From positions 1 to 64,000 of the IMG/VR virus record IMGVR_UViG_3300022700_000208: a DNA stretch of 64,000 nucleotides, one strand, 5' to 3'. The position numbers and the translations under genes are program-made. Position 1 is the first letter of the stretch; the number at the start of each line of letters is the position of its first letter. The stretch is from a virus. The notes under the pieces were generated by a model. It was given only the letters and a program-made list of their open reading frames with translations. It was not told where the DNA came from and ran no database searches. Positions 17,214 through 25,958 of the stretch are shown piece after piece.

Positions 17214-17288
17214 GGGGCTGTGATGTAATGGCTAACATATCGGACTGTCTATCCGAAACTAGGGGTTCGATTCCCCTCAGCCCCGCCA
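17214..17288 (+). tRNA. tRNA-Asp(GTC)
   Basis: TCGGA-CTGTCTA-TCCGA, ends GCCA. Confidence 0.93.
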
Positions 17289-17447
17289 TCTTTGCCCCAA
17301 AGTTGCCCCATTCTTGCCCCAATTTCTTCCCTATTCCTGGAGTTGCCTACTGGAAAATTTCCAGAAGGTAACTTGATTGTATTATGCATTGCATATATCT
17401 TTGAAAAATATACTTGACGAAAACCTGGGCCTTGCATACATTGAAAA

Positions 17448-17556
17448 TCTATTGGCTACAGGGCCAATATCAAAAACAGAGCATGGAGCTTTGGTTCGGA
17501 GCCTTAGCAAAATGTTCTAGTTTTTGGAGCCAGGTATCTATCCTGGCTATTTTTTT
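17448..17556 (+). ncRNA. Candidate ~105-nt structured small RNA
   Basis: Promoter TTGACG-17-TACATT (17414-42), two hairpins, terminator AGCCAGG/CCTGGCT plus T-tract. Confidence 0.55.
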
Positions 17557-17618
17557 GCCTTCCTTTGACGCTTTGCATCCTTACAACTAGCCCTTTTTTA
17601 AAAATTTTTCGGGTTTTT

Positions 17619-17661
17619 TTGAGAACTAGCTCGGGTTTTATCGTTATGGGATAGTGAAGGG
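17619..17661 (+). promoter_or_regulatory. Conserved phage promoter motif, copy 3 (upstream of sbcD)
   Basis: TTGAGA-17-CGTTAT then GGGATAGTGAAGGG. Confidence 0.7.
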
Positions 17662-17686
17662 GAAGTACATCTTGAGAGGAAACAAC

Positions 17687-18727
17687 ATGGAGATAAACAA
17701 CAGGATTGGCATTTTCACGGACCAGCATTTAAGAAGCACTGGATCATTTCCACCTTTCAATAAGCTTTCCGAGTCAGGTCTTTCCAAGGAACTCGATAAC
17801 ATCATCAGAGGTTTTTACTTTGTTGCTGACCAAATAAGATCTTATAAGCCCAGGGCTGTATTCTCTTTGGGGGATGCCTTTCACAACCCTGAGGTGATAG
17901 ATGTCCCAACTCTTGAGGGAGCTTCAAGGGCCTTTGGGGTTGTTAAGAAGGCTTGTGATGAAGTAGGGGCTGATTTTTACATACTGGTTGGCAACCATGA
18001 TGTGGTCTCAGAGAATCCAACTCTTATCACTTCTGTTTCAGTTCTTGAGGGGTTTGGGCAAGTAATTAAAGAGCCCTACTTTATCGACATTGATGAGTTT
18101 ACTGTCTCAATGGTTCCTTATTCATCTAATCCCTCAAAGATGTATTCTCAGCTCAAGGAAGCTGAGGTTCAGTCAGATCTTATATTAACTCATATTGATG
18201 TAGCTGGATGCAGGTATGAAAACAATCATCTTTCTGAATCAGAGATAGATCCCACTTTTAAGGTGCCTGTTATTTCGGGGGATATTCACTTTAGTCAGCA
18301 TGTAGGAAGCGTTATATATCCAGGCTCTCTTGTACAAAACAAATTCACTAGATCTGATCTCAGTGGGATTGGTGGGGCTGCTTTCTATGATCTTGAAACA
18401 AAGGAATATCAGCTTGAGAGAAATATTTATTCAAAGCATTATGTCAAAGCCCATTCCATAGAGGAAGCCAAGAAGCATGATCCCAATCAAGTTATTATTC
18501 AACTTGTTACAGATGTTCCCAAGGAAGAGGCAGAAATTGAGCTTGAAGACTATGAATTTAATTATCTTCCTGCTCCAAAAGTTGATGATAATCTTGAAGT
18601 TGAGTATGAGAATGTTGGGATTGAATCTCCCGAAGTAGTCTTGAGAACTTATATCAATCAAGACCGTCCTAGTGCCCTTAAAAATTTTGATGAGACTTTG
18701 AAAAGTAGGAGTGAATCTAATGCATAA
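17687..18727 (+). CDS. sbcD: Mre11/SbcD-like nuclease (gp47-like)
   Basis: Metallophosphoesterase motifs DQH, GDAFH, GNHD, SGDIH, YPGS. Confidence 0.9.
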   Translation: MEINNRIGIFTDQHLRSTGSFPPFNKLSESGLSKELDNIIRGFYFVADQIRSYKPRAVFSLGDAFHNPEVIDVPTLEGASRAFGVVKKACDEVGADFYILVGNHDVVSENPTLITSVSVLEGFGQVIKEPYFIDIDEFTVSMVPYSSNPSKMYSQLKEAEVQSDLILTHIDVAGCRYENNHLSESEIDPTFKVPVISGDIHFSQHVGSVIYPGSLVQNKFTRSDLSGIGGAAFYDLETKEYQLERNIYSKHYVKAHSIEEAKKHDPNQVIIQLVTDVPKEEAEIELEDYEFNYLPAPKVDDNLEVEYENVGIESPEVVLRTYINQDRPSALKNFDETLKSRSESNA

Positions 18728-19169
18728 GAGCTTGTTGATACAGACTGTTTATTCTTCCCAGCAAAGGTTGGTTTTCTTTCCTTCAAGCCAGGTAGTGAAT
18801 AAATTTATAAACCGCATAAAATCTTCAGAAATGGATGAGGACTTTGCTGACATTTATTTTGAAGATGAAAAATTCACGACAAAGTACAAAAATGTGAAAA
18901 GCATTGTTCATCCAGCTAATAAATTAAGGGGGGCTGAAGATTCACCTCTTTTTGATATAGAGGTTATTTTTGAGAATGGTTTTTCTATTAATATCCCTGC
19001 TTCGGGTAGAAAAAGAGCTGATTATTCATTCAAAAAACTTAAAAATCTTCAAAATGTTGATCCAACTGATTCTTATATACAAATCAAGCAGGATCTTAAA
19101 TTTTTGGCCACTATAAGATGGGAATCCAGAATTGCTGAGATTTATTGTACTGAAAAAGAGGAAGTATAA
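18711..19169 (+). CDS. hypothetical protein
   Basis: 152 aa between sbcD and sbcC. Confidence 0.65.
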   Translation: MNLMHKSLLIQTVYSSQQRLVFFPSSQVVNKFINRIKSSEMDEDFADIYFEDEKFTTKYKNVKSIVHPANKLRGAEDSPLFDIEVIFENGFSINIPASGRKRADYSFKKLKNLQNVDPTDSYIQIKQDLKFLATIRWESRIAEIYCTEKEEV

Positions 19170-20932
19170 TGAGTAGTGGTATCAAATACAAAAGTTTTTG
19201 GGCTGAAAATTTTAGAAGTTTTGAGAAGCTTAATTTTACTATTGAGCCTGGTAAGCATCTTGTAGTGGGTGAGAACCAGGATTCGAGTTCAGCCACAAGT
19301 AATGGATCTGGAAAAAGCAATACCTTTCTTGCTCCTGTGTTTGCTCAGTTTAAAAAGTTAAGAAAAATCAAAGATCCATCTTTTAAGCATGGCGGGGGTG
19401 TTAAAACAGGAGTTGAGTTTGAAAGAGATGGCGTCAATTATGTGATTGAGCGCCACTATAAGCATAAGAGCGGTAAAAATTCTCTAAATCTTTATATTGA
19501 TGGTGAGGATGTCAGCAAAAGGCTCAAAAAAGGCTCTGAAGAAGAGATAAAAAATATCATTGGAATGTCTTTTGATCTTTTTACTTCTACCATAATTATT
19601 GAGCAAGGTCTTCCCACTAATTTTAGTCAACTTACTGAGGTAGGAAGGAAATCAGTTGTAGAAGAGCTTCTTGGTTTTTCTGTTTTTACTGAGTATTATA
19701 AGCCTTTGTTTGATAACAGCAAGAAAAGGATTCAGCAGGACCAGGAGAGGGTAAAAGAGAAATATAATGAGTCCAGAGATGAGATGGTTAGGCTTAATTC
19801 AAAGATTGAGGCTCAGGAGAGCGCTGAAGAATCCAAAAAAGCTGAAATAAGATCCCAGGTAAAAGAAGTTAAGAAGAAAATTAAAGATCTTGAAGACAAT
19901 ATTCAGTCCAAGATGGATGAGAAGAAAAGAATTCTTGATGGTCAAGACAGCCAACATCTTCAGGCTTCCCTCAATAAGATGTCTAACACTCTTACTACTT
20001 TAAGAAATAGGAAGTCTGATCTTGACCAGATAGTTCAGCAGCAACATTGCCCTACTTGTGGTCAATCTTTTCCAGAGGAAAAAATTTCTAACGCTCAGGA
20101 TGAGTTATCTAAAATTCAGAATAAAATTCCAAAAATAGAGTCCATGTATCAGGATATTGGAAACAAGCTCAACCAAATAAATAGTATATCCCAGGAAGTT
20201 CTCAACTCTGAAGGGCAGAAAAATAGTTTTCAGTATCAGCTTGATAGTTTATTTGCTCAATTAAAGTCTGATAGTTCTAATGTGGATTTAGATAATCTCA
20301 AAGAGAAATTGGATGAAGTTGCAGATCAAGTTAATGCTTTAAATGAGGAACTCAATTCTATAAATGAAGATGTGGATAATCTGGAGTACATTTCCAAGCT
20401 TTTGTTACCCTCTTCCCCTTTCAGATCTTTTGTTCTTGAGAGATATCTTATTCATATAAACAAGATCATTTCTCATATTTCTCCTCTTTTGTTTGAAGAA
20501 GTAAAGGTTGAATTGAGTGTTACTGAAAACAATAAGGGCATTCAAATTAACATTGAGAAAAATGGTGAGGTTTATGATTATGATGAGCTTTCTGGGGGAG
20601 AGAAAAAACGATTAGATATAATTTTTATTTTGGCTTTCCAAAGATTTCTTATAGAGTCCAGTGGAATTAGATCTAATCTTCTTGTTTTTGATGAGATTTT
20701 TGATTCTTTGGATGATAGGGGTATTGAACTTGTCCTTAGCTGCATAGATTCTTTGTTTCCAGAAAGTTCTTCTATCTACATAATAACCCATAATAAGTCT
20801 GTTAAATCCATGTTCAATTCGGTCAAGAAAGTTATTAAGAAAAATGGAGTTTCTGTTCTTGAAGGATCAAAAGAGCATGAAGAATTGGCTAACTCTGAGG
20901 AGGTTGTAGAGCAAGTAGTAGCCATGGATTAA
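19169..20932 (+). CDS. sbcC: Rad50/SbcC-like ATPase (gp46-like)
   Basis: NFRS, SNGSGKS, zinc hook CPTCGQ, LSGGE, DEIFDSLD. Confidence 0.93.
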   Translation: MSSGIKYKSFWAENFRSFEKLNFTIEPGKHLVVGENQDSSSATSNGSGKSNTFLAPVFAQFKKLRKIKDPSFKHGGGVKTGVEFERDGVNYVIERHYKHKSGKNSLNLYIDGEDVSKRLKKGSEEEIKNIIGMSFDLFTSTIIIEQGLPTNFSQLTEVGRKSVVEELLGFSVFTEYYKPLFDNSKKRIQQDQERVKEKYNESRDEMVRLNSKIEAQESAEESKKAEIRSQVKEVKKKIKDLEDNIQSKMDEKKRILDGQDSQHLQASLNKMSNTLTTLRNRKSDLDQIVQQQHCPTCGQSFPEEKISNAQDELSKIQNKIPKIESMYQDIGNKLNQINSISQEVLNSEGQKNSFQYQLDSLFAQLKSDSSNVDLDNLKEKLDEVADQVNALNEELNSINEDVDNLEYISKLLLPSSPFRSFVLERYLIHINKIISHISPLLFEEVKVELSVTENNKGIQINIEKNGEVYDYDELSGGEKKRLDIIFILAFQRFLIESSGIRSNLLVFDEIFDSLDDRGIELVLSCIDSLFPESSSIYIITHNKSVKSMFNSVKKVIKKNGVSVLEGSKEHEELANSEEVVEQVVAMD

Positions 20933-20956
20933 AGCAACAGGGGAAAGACATCATAG

Positions 20957-21493
20957 ATGAATATTGCAGAATTGATACTCAAAACAATGGATGAAAGTGG
21001 GGCCGAAGACACAGGGATGGTTGGCCAGCAGATGCTTAATAAAGCTAAAAAGGCCCTACTGCCTGAAGAAGATGAGGACATGGATGATGAGCTTAAGCAA
21101 AAGATTCAGGAGCTTAAGCAATATGAAGCCAATGAAGATCTTGGCTGGATGGATTTTGCTTCCTGGAGATCTCTAAAAACCCCTGTACATACAGTCTTTT
21201 CTAAAGAATTGGAGCCTCTTTTTTGGAGTGGTGTTTATTTTAGTTATTCTCAGTTTATGGAGAAAAAAGAAATCATCTTAAAGGATATGGATGTTGGGAC
21301 TACAATCAATATACAAAAGCATGGATCTAATTTTCAGTTTATTTGTCTTAACTCCCGATCCAGTATTTATGATTATTTTGGTTCTGTTGAACTTGAAAAG
21401 TTAAAGAAGTGGTATGTGTCCACAAGATATAAGTCCATAGGAAAGACAATCACACAGGGACTAATAGTTAAAGATTTCAAGGAGGACAAATGA
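20957..21493 (+). CDS. hypothetical protein
   Basis: 178 aa ORF. Confidence 0.65.
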   Translation: MNIAELILKTMDESGAEDTGMVGQQMLNKAKKALLPEEDEDMDDELKQKIQELKQYEANEDLGWMDFASWRSLKTPVHTVFSKELEPLFWSGVYFSYSQFMEKKEIILKDMDVGTTINIQKHGSNFQFICLNSRSSIYDYFGSVELEKLKKWYVSTRYKSIGKTITQGLIVKDFKEDK

Positions 21494-21756
21494 GTAAAAA
21501 GGAAGAAGTGAAAAGAGTTGTTCACCCTCAGGAACTATTTGCCATGCTCAATATTAAGGATTTTGATTCAGCAAGAAAAGCCTTAATAACTGGATTTGAT
21601 TTCTTGATTTATATGAACCCTGGGGATCAATTGGTGATGAATAATGCTACATTCCACAAGCTAGATAATGATCTTTTTCAAGTTGAAAGCAATATCAATT
21701 CTGAGAATGTAGTTGATTCTCTAGAGAAAAGAAAAATAGTGAGGATTCCAGGATAA
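21490..21756 (+). CDS. hypothetical protein
   Basis: SD AGGAGG. Confidence 0.65.
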   Translation: MSKKEEVKRVVHPQELFAMLNIKDFDSARKALITGFDFLIYMNPGDQLVMNNATFHKLDNDLFQVESNINSENVVDSLEKRKIVRIPG

Positions 21757-21757
21757 T

Positions 21758-22981
21758 ATGGCTAGTAAAAAATCCTTTGATCTCAAAAAATTAGAAACTC
21801 AGGCTCTTGATTCCTATGATAGGTGGAAGTCAGAGGATTGCACTGAAACAAGAACTGATCTTTTTTATAAAGTGAGAGACTTGGCTCATGCAATTCTTAG
21901 TGTTGGGGATTGGGAGAAATACAATATAGATATAGAAGAAACTGCTTATGATTATGCTATCTATCTTTTTGAGAGAATATTAACTGGATTTAGGCTTGAG
22001 CCAAAAGAGAATGGAACAAGATTCCCTCTTCAGCATTATATGAACCTCAATATTAGGCACGTTATTATAACTCTGGGGGATGATGAGCTTTTCAAAAGTC
22101 TGGTTGAGGACATGGAATATTTACTGGATACTACTGAATCGAGTGAGATTGAAGAGGAAATCCAGCTTGAGAACCAATTTGAACTTAAAGATCTTAAACT
22201 CACCCTCTATAAGTCTCTCAGGGTATTTTATTCTGAGGAGGAAATAAGAAGGCTTTTGCCCATAAGCTTGGAATTTATATCAGAGGTAAGCAGGAAGAAT
22301 ATACCTAATACAGCTCCTGATGATGTTGCTGATTTCAGTTTAGTTCTTATTGCTTTAGCTAAAAGAGTTATCAAGGACAATAATGTTACTTATCCCTACA
22401 ATGGATCAAAAACAGAGCTTAGGCAGATTTTAAATTCTTCTGTTAGAAGTTCTGTGTTTTTGGCTTCGGTAGTTAATACAGATTTTTTCCCCAAGGAACT
22501 TTTATTGTCAGTGGATACAGATTCCCTTAGTCGTATTGTTAGTCTTATGGGTGGAAAGACAGTAAGAATACCCACACAAAGAGAGCTTGATACTTTGCTT
22601 GGGACAGTTATAACTCTTTCCAAAAATATAATTGAGGGAAAAACTACTAAAAAGGCTTTGGCTGAATCCAAGTCTGATTTTGATCTTGTTTTTTGTAATC
22701 AAATAAACATACAGAACTTTGTGTCTAAGTCCATGGAAAGTTATAAGTATTTTGGGAAAGATCAGGAGACTAAGCCCTTAATACATGCTTTGCTGAGTTC
22801 TATAAAGTCCATTGAGTCTATGATAGATGATTTGGTTAAAGAGAATAAGGAAAACATATCTGAAGAGGAAATAGAAACTTATTCAGAACTTAGTAAGAAA
22901 TTTTCTCATTTTGCTGAGTCTTTGGATTCGATGATTAAACCCAAAAAGGATTGGAGGAATTATGAAGACCTATACAGTTAA
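21758..22981 (+). CDS. putative transcription factor (sigma region 2-like N-terminus, Mor-like GGKTVRIP)
   Basis: DIEETAYDYAIYL...FPLQHY and SLMGGKTVRIPT; weak similarity judged by eye. Confidence 0.4.
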   Translation: MASKKSFDLKKLETQALDSYDRWKSEDCTETRTDLFYKVRDLAHAILSVGDWEKYNIDIEETAYDYAIYLFERILTGFRLEPKENGTRFPLQHYMNLNIRHVIITLGDDELFKSLVEDMEYLLDTTESSEIEEEIQLENQFELKDLKLTLYKSLRVFYSEEEIRRLLPISLEFISEVSRKNIPNTAPDDVADFSLVLIALAKRVIKDNNVTYPYNGSKTELRQILNSSVRSSVFLASVVNTDFFPKELLLSVDTDSLSRIVSLMGGKTVRIPTQRELDTLLGTVITLSKNIIEGKTTKKALAESKSDFDLVFCNQINIQNFVSKSMESYKYFGKDQETKPLIHALLSSIKSIESMIDDLVKENKENISEEEIETYSELSKKFSHFAESLDSMIKPKKDWRNYEDLYS

Positions 22982-23168
22982 GGTTTGGCTAACTGAGGGA
23001 GGGGAAAAGACCTATTCCAATGTTATGGAGTATAGGAATCAGGATAATATTTTGGTTCTTACTCTTAGGGATGGATCAACTGTCAAATATGAACCCCAGG
23101 ATTATAGTCAGTCTGAAGTATCAGAGAATAAAATGGATGAACAGAAGTTAGGAGAAATGAATGAGTAG
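22962..23168 (+). CDS. hypothetical protein
   Basis: SD GGAGG. Confidence 0.6.
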   Translation: MKTYTVKVWLTEGGEKTYSNVMEYRNQDNILVLTLRDGSTVKYEPQDYSQSEVSENKMDEQKLGEMNE

Positions 23169-23177
23169 GAGTTTGGA

Positions 23178-23384
23178 ATGTTAGTAAAAGATCTTTTTGG
23201 GGTGGATGAGGAGGAGATTGAAGAAAAGGCAGAGAATGAAGAAAGGGGTGATTTTTGGACTAATTCCCTTTCTTTTTACAATCAGGTCAAAGACCGCGAT
23301 ATTCAAACATTAAGTAAAAAACAAACCAATTGGTTGGAAAAAATAGATGATCTAATACAACAGGAGGAAAACAATGGAGACTGA
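23178..23384 (+). CDS. hypothetical protein
   Basis: SD AGGAG. Confidence 0.6.
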   Translation: MLVKDLFGVDEEEIEEKAENEERGDFWTNSLSFYNQVKDRDIQTLSKKQTNWLEKIDDLIQQEENNGD

Positions 23385-23829
23385 AGTCAACACAGAAAAC
23401 AACGTAACCAATATGAAAAAAGAGAGTGAAAAGGAAACTCTCACTCTTACTGCTTGGGAGGCTATAAATATTGAAAGAATTATAGCTTCCCAATCTTCAA
23501 AAGGTTCTGGAATTAAAGACCTTAGAATGATTAAGAGGGTTAGAGACAAACTCAATTCAAAAATTCCTGAAAGGCCCACTCAGCAAAAACCTGAGTATAA
23601 AGATCCTCAAAATCCTACAGAAGAGGAAAAGAAAAGGACTGTAGAGCTTCAACAGCAATTCCAAAAGGATGTTGAAGAGTATATCAATCAGGAGTTTGAG
23701 TTTGATTTTTCTTGGCAAGAAATGGCTCTTATCAAAGAGAGGCTTAAAAATTTCAATGGGTATCCTGAAGATTCTCAAAATGTGGATAGGTTTGTTCAGC
23801 TTTTTGATAAATTAGGGATTGAGGGATAA
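23374..23829 (+). CDS. hypothetical protein
   Basis: SD AGGAGG, 151 aa. Confidence 0.7.
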   Translation: METEVNTENNVTNMKKESEKETLTLTAWEAINIERIIASQSSKGSGIKDLRMIKRVRDKLNSKIPERPTQQKPEYKDPQNPTEEEKKRTVELQQQFQKDVEEYINQEFEFDFSWQEMALIKERLKNFNGYPEDSQNVDRFVQLFDKLGIEG

Positions 23830-23831
23830 TT

Positions 23832-24053
23832 ATGGCTGTAAGAGCAAGCAGAAAGAATTTTCCTGATAGAGTGAAAGCAAGAAGAGAGTCAGCCAAAAAA
23901 CGTCTTGAGGAGCGGCTGGCTCTCTCAGACTCTGATCTCATATCTAGCTCTAAGAGATTTAAAGGTAAAAAAGAATTCCCTGCTGAAGAGGTTAATGAGT
24001 TCAGGTCTGAGCTGAAGGAACAATTATCAATTCTTGAGGAAAGGATTAAGTGA
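23832..24053 (+). CDS. hypothetical basic protein
   Basis: 73 aa ORF. Confidence 0.6.
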   Translation: MAVRASRKNFPDRVKARRESAKKRLEERLALSDSDLISSSKRFKGKKEFPAEEVNEFRSELKEQLSILEERIK

Positions 24054-24341
24054 TGGAATGGGAATGGGGCTTTAAATTTAAGATTGGAAATATAGCTCTT
24101 TTGAGAAAGAAAGATAAATATGGTGGGGCCAAATGGGCTATTGGACTATATACAGATTCTTTAGGAGATGGTGACAAGTCTTGGAAAGTGACCAGATTTG
24201 AATGGGGTTCAATAAAATGAAAGAAGGAGATCCTCAAGGTCCATTAGGAGCTTTTTTTGGATTTGTCTTTTTTATGATTCTCCTGGGAGTTTTCATGTGG
24301 ATAACTCTCTGGTCTCTTCAGACCTCCTGTGATGTCCTCCC

Positions 24342-24644
24342 TTGGGTTCCAGAAATATGTGGGGTTTCTCAATGAGTGAGAAAAGGCTCATAATTTATGG
24401 AAATCCCATTTTATTTAGTGAGTGGATGGAATGTAAGAAAAAGGCTGAATCTTTGGGACATCAAGTACAGAACATGGCTTCTATTATTCAGAATGAGATG
24501 AATATTCCAAAGAGCCAACTTACCGAATATAAGAAGCAATTGATGGATTTTCACTCTGACCTTGATCAGTTGAGAAAAGATGTTGATAATTTGTTTTCAA
24601 AGACACTTGAGGAAATAGTTTATTCTAATGAGTTCCCGTTTTGA
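24342..24644 (+). CDS. hypothetical protein
   Basis: 100 aa ORF; start uncertain. Confidence 0.55.
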   Translation: MGSRNMWGFSMSEKRLIIYGNPILFSEWMECKKKAESLGHQVQNMASIIQNEMNIPKSQLTEYKKQLMDFHSDLDQLRKDVDNLFSKTLEEIVYSNEFPF

Positions 24645-24943
24645 GCAAGAAGCAAGAGGTATTGTACAGAATTCAGTTTCGTCACGACAAGCTTGGCATT
24701 ATCCAGTTTTTTGCCAAGAGTCTGGACCTGTATTCAATACCCCTTATTCATGCTGAGGAAATTTGCCAAGATCCAACGGTGATCTCTAAATTTTTAAGAA
24801 AGGGTGAGTCTGTGAGGTTTAGCAATTTCTCAGGAACAAAAAAAGTGACTTTCCCTTATTATCAGCTTGTTTTGGCTGAGGAGCTTGAGCCTGTTCCCAA
24901 TAATAATCTCAAGCCTATCAAGAAAGAAGAGGAGAATGGGTAG
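24641..24943 (+). CDS. hypothetical protein (possibly DUF1820-like)
   Basis: LYRIQF...FSGTKKVTFPY pattern. Confidence 0.5.
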   Translation: MSKKQEVLYRIQFRHDKLGIIQFFAKSLDLYSIPLIHAEEICQDPTVISKFLRKGESVRFSNFSGTKKVTFPYYQLVLAEELEPVPNNNLKPIKKEEENG

Positions 24944-25114
24944 ATGGATATAAGCCAATACATCTTTATTTTTGTTCTTAGTGTTTCGGGGCTTTATCTT
25001 ATTTGCCTTCCTATAAAACATCGTTTAGGACTAATACCTAGTCCAGAATCCTTCCTTACCTTTCTGTTTCTCCTGCTCATCTTTTTTCTGTCAGCTCTTT
25101 TGCTTTTTCCGATC

Positions 25115-25149
25115 CGTAAAATTTAAAATTTCCGTTTTCCTAGTAGAGG
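25115..25149 (+). promoter_or_regulatory. Putative late promoter, copy 1
   Basis: CGTAAAATTTAAAATTTCCGTTTTCCTAGTAGAGG; 35-nt match to 49463-49497. Confidence 0.7.
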
Positions 25150-25207
25150 GACTTTTCATATAAAGTCAGATTTTCTTGATATTATAATGCACTGCATAGG
25201 AATTGAT

Positions 25208-25438
25208 ATGAAAGCACCGAGTCTAAAAAACCTTGTTTTGGAGGCCAAGATCCCTGAGGAGGATTTAGATCAGATCCATACTATGGCTCAGGACGGTGCC
25301 GATCCTTCAGGAGCTATATCTCACCTTGGCAAGAAATTTAAAGTAAACCCACAGGAAGTTGAGAGCGCTTTTAAGAAGCGTTTTGGGAAGTCCCCTGGGG
25401 ATATGGCCAAGGAAAACCAACCAGACGGTGATGATTGA
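25208..25438 (+). CDS. small protein, MSKA-leader family (putative internal head protein)
   Basis: MKAPSLKNLVLE-A. Confidence 0.6.
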   Translation: MKAPSLKNLVLEAKIPEEDLDQIHTMAQDGADPSGAISHLGKKFKVNPQEVESAFKKRFGKSPGDMAKENQPDGDD

Positions 25439-25682
25439 TTTTGAAGGGCTCATCCCTTGCTGAAGGTCAGTTGCTGCTGCCCCATTCTGAGGGCGCTGAG
25501 CCCTTTAAATTATGCCTAGCGTTATTAGGAGTTGTTAGTGTCAGACGCTAATAAGTCAGAACAATCTGTTAATGCCTTGGGGGCCATCCCCAAGGCAGGA
25601 ATAGCTGTAGTTAAGGCAAAAAATGTCCAAAGGTCTCGAAGAAGGGCCAAGGAACTCCTTAAAAAGATGAGGAATGTAGGGG

Positions 25683-25958
25683 TTGAATGAATGCCAGGTA
25701 TCAGGCTGCCATGAACATGGAGATTATTTCCCCGTACTTTTACTCAGAGAACTCGACGATGATCCCAATTCTAAGCATGTTGAAGAAACTGTCCTCTTTC
25801 AATTCTATTGCGTTCACCATATTAAAGACCTGACCTGGGAAGACATAGTAGATCCCCTGGTTTGGGAGGATATAAACAATGAAAGGCTCAGACACGACCT
25901 TGAGGTTTTCGACTCTAGCATTTGTGATTTTCAGTGGCGTAGTTCTCTTGATGAGTAG
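25683..25958 (+). CDS. hypothetical Cys/His protein
   Basis: CQVSGC...CVHH. Confidence 0.5.
   Translation: MNECQVSGCHEHGDYFPVLLLRELDDDPNSKHVEETVLFQFYCVHHIKDLTWEDIVDPLVWEDINNERLRHDLEVFDSSICDFQWRSSLDE

Noticed and set aside
17292-17322. Three TTGCCCCA repeats after tRNA-Asp as an att/arm site
   Set aside because: No integrase in the window and the repeats are too short to interpret
17165-17437. ORFs overlapping tRNA-Phe and tRNA-Asp
   Set aside because: Artefacts of tRNA sequence
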